DNA of 64,000 bases from Mustelus asterias (Eukaryota), in the NCBI RefSeq assembly GCF_964213995.1, contig NW_027590122.1:682001-746000 (forward strand), read 5' to 3'. Made by a program: the position numbers and the translations under genes. Below are positions 1 to 10,866 of the stretch, piece after piece. The first letter of the stretch is position 1; every line of letters begins with the position of its first letter. Below the pieces are notes generated by a model. That model was not told the origin of the DNA and made no database searches. It saw only the letters and a program-made list of their open reading frames with translations.

Positions 1-2111
1 AATTAAGAGAGAAATCAGGAGGACAAAAAGGGGACACGAGATTGTTTTGGCAGATAAGGCAAAGGAGAATCCAAAGAGGTTCTATAAATACATAAAGGGC
101 CAAAGAGTAACTCGGGAGAGAGTAGGGCCTCTTAAGGATCAACAAGGACATCTATGTGCGGATCCACAAGAGATGGGTGAGATCATAAATGAATATTTTT
201 CATCATTATTTATTGTTGAGAAAAGCATGGATGTTAGGGAACTTGGGGAAATAAAGTGATGTCTTGAGAAGTGTACTTATAACAGAGAAGGAGGTGCTGG
301 AAGTCATAAAGCGCATCAAGGTAGATAAATCCCCGGGACCTGATGAAGTGTATCCCAGAACACTGTGGGAGGCTAGAGAGGAAATTGCGGGTCTCCGAGC
401 AGAGATATTTGAATCATTGATAGTCACGGGTGAGGTGCCTGAAGATTGGAGGGTGGCAAATGTTGAGCCTTTGTTTAAAAAGGGCTGCAGGGAAAAGTCT
501 GGGAACTACAGGCCGGTGTGATTCACATCTGTAAGTTGTCAGAAGGTATTTGAGAGACAGGATCTACAGGCATTTAGAGATGCAGGGACTGATTAGGGAC
601 GGTCAGCATGGCTTTGTGAGTGGAAAATCATGTCTCACAAATTTGATTGAGTTTTTTGAAGGGGTAACCAAGAAGGTAGATGAGGGCAGTACAGGTGATG
701 CTGTCTACATGGACTTTAGCAAGGCCTTTGACAAGGTACCGCATGGTAGATTGTTGCTTAAGGTTAAATCTAATGGAATCCAGGGTGAGTTCGCCAAATG
801 GATACAAAACTGGCTTGATGACAGAAGACAGAGGGTGGTTGTAGAAGGTTGTTTTTCAAACTGGAGCCTGTGACCAGCGGTGTGCCTCAAGGATCGGTGC
901 TGGGTCCACTGTTATTTGTCATTTATATTAATGATTTGGATGAGAATGTAGGAGGCATGGTTAGTAAGTTTTCAGATGACACCAAGGTTGGTGGTATCGT
1001 GGACAGTGAAGAAGGTTATCTAGGATTGTAGCATGATCTTGTTGGGACGTCTTGTTGAAGTTGTACAAGACATAGGTAAGGCCACACTTGGAATACTGTG
1101 TACAGTTCTGGTCACCCTATTATAGAAAGCATATTATTAAACTGGAAAGAGTGCAGAAAAGATTTACTAGGATGCTACCGGGACTTGGTGGTTTGAGTTA
1201 TAAAGAGAGGCTGGATAGACTGGGACTTTTTTCCCTGGAATGTAGGAGGCTGAGGGGTGAACTTATAGAGGTCTATAAAATAATGAGGGGCCAGTGGACT
1301 GACAAATGGCAGATGGAGTTTAATTCAGATAAATGCGAGGTGATACATTTTGGGCGATCGAACCAGGGCAGGACTTACTCAGTTAATGGTAGGGTGTTGG
1401 GGAGAGTTACAGAACAGAGATCTAGGGGTACAGGTTCATAGCTCCTTGAAAATGGAGTTGCAGGTGGACAGAGTGGTGAAGAAGGCATTCTGCATGTTGG
1501 TCAGAACATTGAATACAGGAGTTGGGACGTCTTGTTGAAGTTGTACAAGACATTGGTAAGGCCACACTTGGAATACTGTGTACAGTTCTGGTCACCCTAT
1601 TATAGAAAGCATATTATTAAACCAGAAAGAGTGCAGAAAAGATTTACTGGGATGCTACCGGGACTTGGTGGTTTGAGTTATAAAGAGAGGCTGGATAGAC
1701 TGGGACTTTTTTCCCTGGAATGTAGAAGGCTGAGGGGTGACCTTATAGAGGTCTATAAAATAATGAGGGGCATAGATCAGCTATATAGTCAATATCTTTT
1801 CCCAAAGGTAGGGGAGTCTAAAACTAGAGGGCATAGGTTTAAGGTGAGAGGGGAGAGACACAGAAGGATCCAGAGGGGCATTTGTTTCACACAGAGGGTG
1901 GTGAGTGTCTGAAAAAAGGTGCCAGAGGTAGTAGTAGAGGCGGGTGCAATTTTGTCTTTTAAAAAGCGTTTAGACAGTTACATGGGTAAGATGGGTGTCG
2001 CGGGATATGGGCCAAACGTGGGCAATTGGGACTAGCACAGGGGTTAAAAAAGGGGCGGCATGGACAAGTTGGGCAGAAGGGCCCGTTTCCAAGCTGGAAA
2101 CCTCTATGACT
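1..2111 (+). mobile_element. CR1-type LINE, ORF2 RT region and 3' end, decayed and internally rearranged
   Basis: ORF fragments with [51 protein letters not shown] and RPHLEYCVQFWSP. Contains stops and frameshifts. Ends in a ctctatgact-type tail. Confidence 0.95.
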
Positions 2112-2495
2112 AAATGAACTGTCTGCTGAAAGGGTTAACTTTTCTACAGAATCTAAAGGGGTGGGGAGTGAACAGAAAACACTTGGCACACAATTACATC
2201 ACTTTACATAATTTTAAAAAACTTCTCCAACAACAAAATAAAGTTGATTTTAAACTTAATCTATTAATTCTTTTGTTCTCTTCCTCAACCTAATTATTTT
2301 TATTTGATCAGTTTTTGTTGGGGATGGGTAACTTCTGTTCTTTATAAACTGGTTCACTGGTTTTGTTGATTCTACATGGGCTCGGAGAATCAGAACCCAG
2401 ACTTTATCATCCTTATCCTTTTTCTTCCTTTGCCACCACTCCCTCTGTTTTGCGGGAGGGTCGTGGGGATTCCAATCAGAACTAATCATTTTATC

Positions 2496-2669
2496 ATAAA
2501 AGTAAAATACTGCGGATGCTGGAATCTGAAACAAAAACAGTAAATGCTGGAAAATCTCAGCGGGTCTGACAGCATCTGTGAAGAATGGAGCCAAGGTTTC
2601 GATAATGGATGACCCTTCATAACAGCTCTTATGAAGCATCATTCAGACTCAAAATGTTGGCTCTGTTCT
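2496..2669. mobile_element. Short palindromic non-autonomous element (Penelope pLTR-like family 2) with 14-bp target-site duplication
   Basis: Perfect TSD ctaatcattttatc at 2482-2495 and 2670-2683. Internal inverted arms. Same family as 4451, 50866 and 60699. Confidence 0.7.
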
Positions 2670-2707
2670 CTAATCATTTTATCGATACGTTTCTTGTTCT
2701 TAGTTTT

Positions 2708-2980
2708 AGGTTTAAAGTGAGAGGGGAGAGATACAAAAGGGTCCAGAGGGGCAGTTTTTCACTCAGGTCGTGGTGAGTGTCTGGAATGAGTTGCCAGAGG
2801 CAGTGGGAGAGGCGGGTATAATTCTGTCTTTTAAAAAGCATTTAGACAGTTACATGGTAAGATGGGTACAGAGGGATATGGGCAAAATACGGGCAATTGG
2901 GACTTGTTCAGTGGTAAAAACTGAGCGGCATGGACAAGTTGGGCCGAAGGGCCTGTTTCCATGTTGTAAACCTCTATAAC
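2708..2980 (+). mobile_element. CR1 LINE 3' fragment
   Basis: Near-copy of 1835-2110 (FKVRGER...VVSVWNELP plus 3' UTR). Confidence 0.9.
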
Positions 2981-3204
2981 TTCCTAACACCCTGTCACTC
3001 TGTGATTCTTGTGAAATCTGAAACCAGGTATTTGCAACAAGACTCAAAGAGCATCAGCCCACTGGAGGCAAAGTCATGAGACCAGCGAGTCAACAAAAAG
3101 AAACCCTCCGACCCTCCCCATTGACCAACTGTGAGAATGAACAAAATGCAGTCCTGGATGTAATTGAGAGCAGAAACAATAACAGCAGAATCCAACCCCT
3201 GGAA

Positions 3205-3963
3205 TCACTCGTGAACTTGTTGGTGTCTCAGCAGCTGGGATGAAACTGTGAATCCCTTCCCACACACAGAGCAGGTGAACGGCCTCTCCCCAGTGTGAAC
3301 TCGTTGGTGTCTCTGCAGGTGGGATGACTGAGTGAATCCCTTCCCACACTGAGAGCAGGTGAACGGCCTCTCCCCAGTGTGAACTCGCTGGTGTGCCCGC
3401 AGGTTAGGTGAGTTACTGAATCCCTTCCCACACTGAGAGCAGATGAATGGTTTCTCCCCAGTGTGAACTCGCTGGTGTATCCACAGGCTGGATAACAGAA
3501 TGAATCCCTTCCCACACTGAGAGCAGGTGAACGGCCTCTCCCCAGTGTGACGTCGCTGGTGTCTCTGCAGGTTGGCTGACTGAGTGAATTCTTGCCCACA
3601 CTGAGAGCACGTGAACGGTCTCTCTCCAGTGTGAACTCGCTGGTGTGTCCGCAGGCTGGATAACTGAGTGAATCCCTTCTCACACTGAGAGCAGATGAAT
3701 GGCCTCTCCCCAGTGTGAACTCGCTGGTGTCTCTGCAGGTCGGGTAACTGAGTGAATCCCTTCCCACACTGAGAGCAGGTAAATGGCCTCTCTCCAGTGT
3801 GAACTCGCTGGTGTCTCTGCATGAGGGAAAGCCGAGTGAATCCCTTCCCACACTGAGAGCAGATGAATGGTCTCTCCCCAGTGTGGCTGCGCCGATGAGC
3901 TTCCAGCTTAGATGGGGCTCTGTATCCCTTCCCACAGTCCGCACATTTCCATGGTTTCTCCAT
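3205..3963 (-). CDS. C2H2 zinc-finger protein, 9 tandem fingers, ~252 aa, intact (ZNF gene 1)
   Basis: ATG at 3963 (MEKPWKC...). Nine CxxC-x12-HxxxH units with TGERPF linkers and no internal stop. Probable exon acceptor ttttacag|g at 4314. Probable polyA AATAAA not resolved. Confidence 0.9.
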   Translation of the reverse strand: MEKPWKCADCGKGYRAPSKLEAHRRSHTGERPFICSQCGKGFTRLSLMQRHQRVHTGERPFTCSQCGKGFTQLPDLQRHQRVHTGERPFICSQCEKGFTQLSSLRTHQRVHTGERPFTCSQCGQEFTQSANLQRHQRRHTGERPFTCSQCGKGFILLSSLWIHQRVHTGEKPFICSQCGKGFSNSPNLRAHQRVHTGERPFTCSQCGKGFTQSSHLQRHQRVHTGERPFTCSVCGKGFTVSSQLLRHQQVHE

Positions 3964-4450
3964 GGTCCAGGTGTCCTTACCTCTCTCTTGAGTGGACAAT
4001 TAGTTGAAACTTCGTCCACACACAGAACAAGATTACAGTCTCTACCCGCTGTGAATGGTGTGATATTTATTCAGACTGTGTAACTGGTTAAAGCTCTTTA
4101 GTCAGTGCAGTGGAACACTCTCACTCAAGTGTGTCAGTGTGTTGATGCTTTTTCACTCACACTGACATTTCAAATGTTTTCAAATCGACAGACTGGACAA
4201 TCATTTCTCCTTCTGGATTCAAAATCCGATGACATTGAGGTCCCAAGGAATATGACTCTGTCACGTCTCGACGTGATGTTTGAGATTTCAGCCTGTGATT
4301 CCTCTTTCAATATCCTGTAAAATGAGTTTCCAAAAGTCATCAGTGTCAGTACAGGATAGAAATTCAGAACAGACAATTTCTATGGAACATTCTTTCCTCT
4401 CTCATTCCCCAAAAGCTGTAAATCTCCATCCCACACACTCTCTCCCCATT

Positions 4451-4638
4451 CTCAGCAGGTCTGGCAGCATCTGTATGGAGAGAAAAGAACTGATGTTTCA
4501 GAGCTTTGACAAAGGGTCATTTAGACAAGAAACATCAGCTCTTTTCTCTCCTTACAGATGCTGCCAGACCTGCTGAGATTTTCCAGCATTTTCTCTCTTG
4601 GTTTCAGATTCCAGCATCCGCAGTAATTTGCTTTTATA
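4451..4638. mobile_element. Short palindromic element, Penelope pLTR-like family 2
   Basis: Inverted arms ctcagcaggtctggcagcatctgt.../...acagatgctgccagacctgctgag. Degenerate TTGACAAAGGGTC..GAAACATC centre. Confidence 0.7.
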
Positions 4639-4639
4639 A

Positions 4640-5350
4640 GGCTGCAGATACCTCCTCCCAAGTAACATGCGTGTGCCCAAGACATCACCACTTGTTTCCC
4701 TTATTTCTTTAGCACCCATGGTGCTCTCCGCAGTAAACACAGAGGAGAAGTATTCATTAAAAATCTCACCCATCTCCTGTGGCTCCACACACAGATGGCC
4801 ATACTGATTTTTAAGGGGATCTATTCTCTCTCGAGCCACCCTTTTACTCTTAATATAGTGATAGAACCTCTTGGAATTTTCTTTAATCTTACCTGCCAGA
4901 TCCATATCAGACCCTCTTTTTGTCCTCCTGATTTCCCTCCTCAGTATTTTCTTACACTTTTTATAGTCAGAGTGATTCACTTGTCCCCGATTGCCTAAAC
5001 CCAATGTATGCTTCCTTCTTTTACCTGACCAGAGCCTCAATGTCCCTTGTCTGCCAGAGATCCCTAAATTTACCATTCTTTCCCTTCATCTTAACAGGAA
5101 TATACTGCCCCTGGACTCTTGATATCACACTTTTAAAACCTCCCATTTGCCAGTCATTCCTTTCCCCTCAAACAAACTCACCTAATCGACATCTGCTCGA
5201 TCCTGCCTAATGCCCACAAAAGTGGCCCTGCTCCAGTTTAGGGCCTTGACCTGTGGACCTGTCCTATCTTTTTCCTGAACTATTTTGAAACTATTGGTGC
5301 TCCCAATAGTGCTCCCTGACTGACACTTCAGTCACTTGCTCCACCTCATT
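4640..5350 (-). mobile_element. CR1 LINE ORF2 fragment (linker region before RT)
   Basis: ORF 4552-5076 carries KIKENSKRFYHYIKSKRVARERIDPLK..EMGEIFNEYFSSVFT, homologous to 47-259. Confidence 0.85.
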
Positions 5351-5359
5351 TCTTAACTG

Positions 5360-5840
5360 TCGAATAGAAAGTGAGTCCAGGAATTGATGATGAAAAATAA
5401 GGAGCTGGGAGATGAATTGAACAAGTATTTTGCCTCGGTGTTCACAATAGAGGATACAGTTAAAACTCAGAAACAGCTGGAAATCAGAAAACAGAAGTGT
5501 GGGATGAACTCTGAAAAAGCACAATTCCCAGGGAAGTGGTCCTCAGCAAACTGTTGGAGCTGTGGGCTGATGAGTCCTCGGGTCCTGCTGGGCTTCATTC
5601 TCGGGTCTTAACAGAGTGAGATAGTTGATGTGTTGTTCAATTTTCTAAAATTCCCCATCAGGAATTGGATAAAGGGAAACCGGTGGATGCGCTGTACTTA
5701 GATTTCCAGAAGACATTTGATGAGGTGCCACATCAAAGGTTATTGCAGCAAATAAAAATTCATGCTGCGGGGATAACATTTTGGCGTGGATAGAAGATTG
5801 GCTAACAGCAAACAGTGGGCAGAAATGGATCATTTTCTGG
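5360..5840 (+). mobile_element. Degenerate CR1 fragment
   Basis: ELNKYFASVFT, YLDFQKTFDEVPH-like and WIEDWL motifs. Confidence 0.75.
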
Positions 5841-6039
5841 TTTAAGAGAGAGAGAGACCTGGGCCAACCTTTCCAGAGTCTGCACCCTCTCTGGATTCAC
5901 TTCCTTTCCCTTCAGTTGCTCCAAGTCCCCAATTTCGGCCAGAATGAGAAAAGAAATGGAAAGGGGGTTGAAAAGAAAGTGTTTTACTCACAGATGTTGG
6001 AGACAGGGGGAAGTTTGAGTCTGTCTGAAGATCAATCTT

Positions 6040-6450
6040 CATTCACACAAAGCCCACGCTCTGATTGGCTGGAAGACCAGAGTCCTTCCGGTCCTCCAAC
6101 TCTTCCCATTGGTCAACACCTCAGCATGAAGATCAGAGGGTGGGTTCTCCCCCGCACATGCGCAGCTTCCCCTCTCCCTCGAACATGTGCAGTCCCGGGC
6201 CCGGGGGAGGGGGAGCTCACCGAGCGGCTTCTCGCTCTTGCCGGAGCCGTCAGCCGGTTGCCTGGAAACCTTGGTTCAAGGAGGTGTAGGGGGAGGGGAA
6301 CAGTGGGTGGGGGCGGGGCTCCCGGGTCCGCGCGCCCGGGCCTGCGCACTGGAACCCGGAGACGTCACCGCGGAGCACAGTGATTCCTATTGGCTGATTC
6401 AGGCAGGGCTCCATTGTGATGTCACAATGCGGATGTTGGCCAGTGAGCTT
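6040..6450. promoter_or_regulatory. CpG-island promoter, probably bidirectional, for ZNF gene(s)
   Basis: High CpG density. ATTGG (CCAAT) boxes near 6064, 6108 and 6389. GC box GGGGCGGGG near 6310. NRF1-like CATGCGCA near 6157. Minus-strand splice donor ct|gtgagt at ~5990. Confidence 0.7.
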
Positions 6451-6696
6451 CAGAGTGAAACTCCCTCCTCTGTTCAACATCTGGGAGGAAATCAATGTTT
6501 CCCCCTTTCCGTTTCTTTTCTCATTCTGGGGGAAATTGGGGACTTGCAGCAACTGAAGGAAAAGTAAGTGAATTCGGTCTGTACATTCCACACATTTTTA
6601 CTCCAGTAATGTAGACATTTATCTGTCTGGCAGCCTGCATGGAAATTTTCAGCTCTCTGCATCCAGGCAAGAAGCAGTGAGCATGGATCTGTCAAT

Positions 6697-7078
6697 CACA
6701 CATGAGGACGGCCTCAACCGGGATCTTGGGTTCATGTCACACTATCTGTAACCCCCACGACTTGCCTGGGCTTGCAAAATCTCACTAACTGTCCTGGCTG
6801 GAGACAATACACATCTCTTTAACCTGTGCTTAACCCTCTCTCCACTCACATTGTCTGTACCTTTAAGACTTGATTACCTGTAAAGACTCGTATTCCAACC
6901 ATTATTCTGTAAATTGAGTTTGTGTCTTTATATGCCCTGTTTGTGAACAGAACTCCCACTCACCTGATGAAGGGGCAGCGCTCCGAAAGCCTGTGGCTTA
7001 TGCTACCAAATTAACCTGTTGGATTTTAACCTGGTGTTATGAGATTACTTAGTGTGCTTATCCCAGTCCAACGCCGGC
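6697..7078 (+). mobile_element. Penelope-like element 3' end (GIY-YIG C-terminus plus pLTR), family 1
   Basis: 6698-6751 reads THEDGLNRDLGFMSHYL*; GLNRD is typical of the PLE GIY-YIG end. The pLTR contains the hammerhead core CAC-CTGATGA-A-GGGGC-AGC-GCTCC-GAAA at 6961-6995. Confidence 0.8.
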
Positions 7079-7233
7079 ACATCTTTGGACTGTGGAAGGA
7101 AAACCGGAACACCCGGAGGAAACCCACAGACACGGGGAGAATGTAGAAACTCTGCACAGACAGTGACCTGAGGCTGGAATTGAACCCGGGTCCCTGGCGC
7201 TGTTAGGCAGCTGCATTAACCACTGTGCCACCG
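7079..7233 (-). mobile_element. HE1-like tRNA-derived SINE, 5' part
   Basis: Reverse complement reads GGTGGCACAGTGGTTA..GGGTTCAATTCC (A and B boxes). Confidence 0.85.
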
Positions 7234-7290
7234 GGCCACATGTCCGTGCCATCGCCCGACTCCAGCCCAGTCTCAGCTCATCTGGAACCC

Positions 7291-7397
7291 TCACCCATTC
7301 CATTGTGACGTCACACCCTCACCCATTCCATTGTGACATCACACTCTCACCCATTCCATTGTGACGTCACACGCTCACCCATTCCATTGTGACGTCA
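7291..7397 (+). repeat. 4 x 28-bp tandem repeat carrying CRE sites
   Basis: Unit tcacccattccattgtgacgtcacaccc starts at 7291, 7319, 7347 and 7375. Three copies have TGACGTCA and one has TGACATCA. Confidence 0.9.
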
Positions 7398-7399
7398 GG

Positions 7400-7900
7400 G
7401 CTTCCCTCGCCGATCACAATCCCTGCCGGCCTCCCACATGCAGCCTCAATGGCGGCAGTCAGCCCGGGTCTAACACTACAAGCTGCCGCTCCATTTGGTA
7501 CAAAGGGGGGGACCGGGAAGTTCATTTCCGGGTTTGGGTTTGAACAACATGTTTACAAAGTCTCTCCACCCACCCGCCACATTTATCATTCCCCGCGCGC
7601 CGCCCTCTACCTCGTATTGATCTCGCTTCCAAGTTAAAACCGTCCGTCTGTCCGTCGCCATTACCCGCACTGCGCATGCTTTAGGTCCCGCCCCTCATTC
7701 ACTCCGATTGGTTGGAGGACCAGCCGCTGCCACACGGTCCTCCAACCCCGCCCCCTCTTCCTATTGGTCCGGAGCTGCCGTCAATCAGTCCCCGGGCATT
7801 GTGATGTGGAGCATGCGCAGTGTCATTGCTGTCCTTGGCGCTTGTTTGTCCCGGAGAAGCGGAGTCAGCGTTAGGCGGTGGCTGGGAGGATTTGGAAACA
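7400..7900 (+). promoter_or_regulatory. CpG-island promoter of ZNF gene 2
   Basis: CpG-rich. NRF1-like TGCGCATGC (7671) and GCATGCGCA (7810). ATTGG boxes and CCGCCC boxes. Lies upstream of the ZNF exon at 8635. Confidence 0.65.
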
Positions 7901-8239
7901 CTTTGTGGATCCGGAAACCCTTCAGAATCATTGTCAGCTCCCTGGTTTGCAGCTGCGGGGCTTCTCCCTCCCTCCCTCCCGGGAACAGGCCCAGGTTAAC
8001 GGCCCCATCCTGGCTCAGCCACTGGAGGATGGTTCACATCAGAGGATGGGGGAGGGGGACAATAAATAAGAGGTTACACTTTGGCCTCAAATCAATGAGG
8101 ACTCTGATCTCTGGGAAGGAAGGAAACCCTGGGAGGTGGGCGGGGAGGATTCACAAACACCCGCTGGAGGCCCCAACACACCCAACAAGACCCATTGGTT
8201 TTATTGTCAGTCTGCAGACAGGAGCTGGAGAACTGAATC

Positions 8240-8408
8240 CAGTAAGATTTTTAACAACACCAGGTTAAAGTCCAACAGGTTTATTTGGTAGCAAACACCA
8301 TTAGCTACCATTAGGTGTTTGCTACCAAATAAACCTGTTGGACTTTAACCTGGTGTTGTTAAAACTCTTACTGTGTTCACCCCAGTCCAACGCCGGCATC
8401 TCCACATC
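8240..8408. mobile_element. Penelope family 1 pLTR fragment in inverted (hairpin) arrangement with 14-bp TSD
   Basis: 60-bp inverted arms at 8240-8299 and 8314-8373 (1 mismatch). TSD agaactgaa(t/c)ccag at 8229-8242 and 8409-8422. Confidence 0.85.
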
Positions 8409-8966
8409 AGAACTGAACCCAGACAGAGGAGAGGGAGGGAGCAAACTGGGAGTGGAGAAAAGAGATGGTGAGATGGGTTTGGATTTCAGCCCAGGGAGGA
8501 GGGAGAGTTTGTGGGACAGGAATTTATTGATTTGGGGAACAAGAGAGGAAGAAATGTTCCAGAGAATTAGAATTGCCTGTTCAAAATTTCTATCCTGGAC
8601 TGACAGTGATTAATTTTGTAAACTCCTTTTACAGGTGAGGTGAAGAAACATCACATCAAAATCAGACAGAGTCTCGATTCACTTGGACTTACATATCCTC
8701 AGACTTTGAATGTGGAAGGAGAAATGTTTGTCTTCTGTCTGGAGGAGAAGATTTCAAACATCAGCGTGACTGAAAAAGCACCAAGATACACGCACACCCG
8801 AGTGAGAGTGTTTCAGTGAGTTGACTGTGGAAAGAGCTTTATCCAGTTACACAGCCTTAAAAAACATCACACCATTCACAGCACGGAGAAACTGTACACG
8901 TGTTCTGTGTGTGGATGAGGCTTCAACTGATCGTTTAACCTGGAGAAACATAAGGACACCAGCACC

Positions 8967-9713
8967 ATGGAGAAACCGTGGAAATGTGGGGACTGTGGGA
9001 AAGGATTCAGTTACCCTTCCCTGTTGGAAAACCATCGGCGCAGTCACACTGGGGAGAGACCGTTCACCTGTTCTGTCTGTGGGGAGGGATTCATTCAGTC
9101 ATCTGGCCTTTGGTCTCACCAGAGAATTCACACTGAGGAAAAGCCATTCATCTGCACCTCCTGTGGGAAGAGGTTCAGGCATTCTTCAGCACTCACTGTG
9201 CACCAACGCACTCACACCGGGGAGAGACCATTCATCTGCTCCGCGTGTGGGAAGCGATTCACTCAGTCATTCCACCTGCTGTCACACCAGCGAGTTCATA
9301 CTGGGGAGAGGCCGTTCACCTGCTCCGACTGTGGGAAGGGATTCACTGGGTCATCCCACTTACTGTCACACCAGCGAGTTCACATTGAGGAGAAGCCATT
9401 CAGCTGCACTGACTGTGGACGGAGTTTCAGACAGGCATCCTCCCTCGTTGCACACCAGCGAATTCACACTGGGGAGAGACTGTTTACTTGCTTTGTGTGT
9501 GGAAAGGGATTCACAGTTTTACCCACCCTGCTGAGACACCAGAAAATTCACACTGAAGAGAAGCCATTCAGCTGCACTGACTGTGGAAAGAATTTCAGGC
9601 AGTCATCCAACCTCACTGCTCACCGACGCACTCACACTGCAGAAAGACCATTTACATGCTCCGTGTGTGGGAAGGGATTCAATCGGCCATCCAACCTCTC
9701 TGCTCACCAGTGA
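8967..9713 (+). CDS. C2H2 zinc-finger protein (ZNF gene 2): 8 intact fingers, premature TGA in finger 9, two relic fingers to ~9890
   Basis: MEKPWKC start and TGERPF/TEEKPF linkers. TGA at 9711-9713 replaces the Arg of HQRxH. In-frame finger remnants follow. Acceptor ttttacag|g at 8634/8635. Confidence 0.8.
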   Translation: MEKPWKCGDCGKGFSYPSLLENHRRSHTGERPFTCSVCGEGFIQSSGLWSHQRIHTEEKPFICTSCGKRFRHSSALTVHQRTHTGERPFICSACGKRFTQSFHLLSHQRVHTGERPFTCSDCGKGFTGSSHLLSHQRVHIEEKPFSCTDCGRSFRQASSLVAHQRIHTGERLFTCFVCGKGFTVLPTLLRHQKIHTEEKPFSCTDCGKNFRQSSNLTAHRRTHTAERPFTCSVCGKGFNRPSNLSAHQ

Positions 9714-10600
9714 CTTCACACAGGGGAGAGGCCGTTCACTTGCTCCATGTGTGGGAAGGGATTTGCAAAGTCTTTCAACCTGCTGGCTCACCAATGCACT
9801 CACACTAAGAGGCCATTCAACTGCTCTGTGTGTGGGAAGGGATTCACTCAGTCACAATGACTCCTGAGACTTCAGCAAGTTCATAAGTGACTGCAGGGGG
9901 TGGACTCTGCTGTTATTGCTGCTGTTCAGCATTGATAGTCTGACAATATTTTATTTCTGCTGATAAATCCCATAACTGGCTGGAATGTAATATTCTGGAG
10001 ATGTCACTTCAATATTCTGCAATGTCACTTTTTAAAAGCATCACCAGTGATCTTCCCCCTTAATTGAAGAACTCTCAACAGGAACCTGTTTGGAATAAAA
10101 TTATGAACTTTTGCTTCAATTCAAAATTCATTCTTGGGTCAAAATCTACAATTCAGGATCTGAAAGATCCATCGGCAGGGTTCAAAGTATTTCTTTTCAA
10201 TGCTTTTGTTGGGATTTTCTCGAGAGCTACTCTTTGATTTTAAGGGCTATTTTTTGGTTTCTCGGGGATCCTTTTCCTTTCTCAACAACTCCTTTGTTTA
10301 GTGATGTAGTCACATAGTAACATAACCTTTTGTGTGCATGTTGAATATCTTTTGAGTTTGCTTTTTTCGATAAGATAGCACAAATACCGACGACTGTGTG
10401 GAGATTAAATCTTTCAAATTGTAATCTATAAATAAGATTTTTTTGTTAATTTATTAAAAAATACTCCGATAGTCCATTTCCAAAACTGACTATTTGACAC
10501 AAGGTAACTGAATCGGGGCAGACTGTTTTTTGGATCAGACCCTGGAGCAGGAAAAAACTCACCCGATTCTCATCTTCATTGTGTGTAAATTAACATTAAT

Positions 10601-10866
10601 CTGTCCGTGTGGAGTTTGCACATTCTCCTTGTGTCTGCATGGGTTTCCTCTGGGTGCTCCAGTTTCCTCCCACAGTCCAAAGATGTTAGGTTGATTGGCC
10701 ATGCTAAAATTGCCCCTTAGTGCCCTGAGATGCGTAGGTCAGAGGGATTAGTGGGTAAAATATGTCGGGATATGGGAGTAGGGCCTGGGTGGGATTGTGG
10801 TCGGTGCAGACTCGATGGGCCGAATGGCCTCTTTCTGTACTGTAGGGTTTCTATGATTCTATGATT
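10601..10866 (+). mobile_element. HE1-like SINE, 5'-truncated
   Basis: gtgtggagtttgcacattctc...ggccgaatggcct..ctatgatt body, shared with 15848-16185. Confidence 0.85.

Noticed and set aside
3228-4019. Long alternative-frame ORFs over ZNF genes (also 8821-9534)
   Set aside because: Shadow ORFs produced by the 84-bp finger periodicity.
5781-6567. 200-aa and 126-aa ORFs over the CpG island
   Set aside because: Stop-codon scarcity in GC-rich promoter DNA. The ORF start lies in a CR1 remnant and no domain is recognisable.
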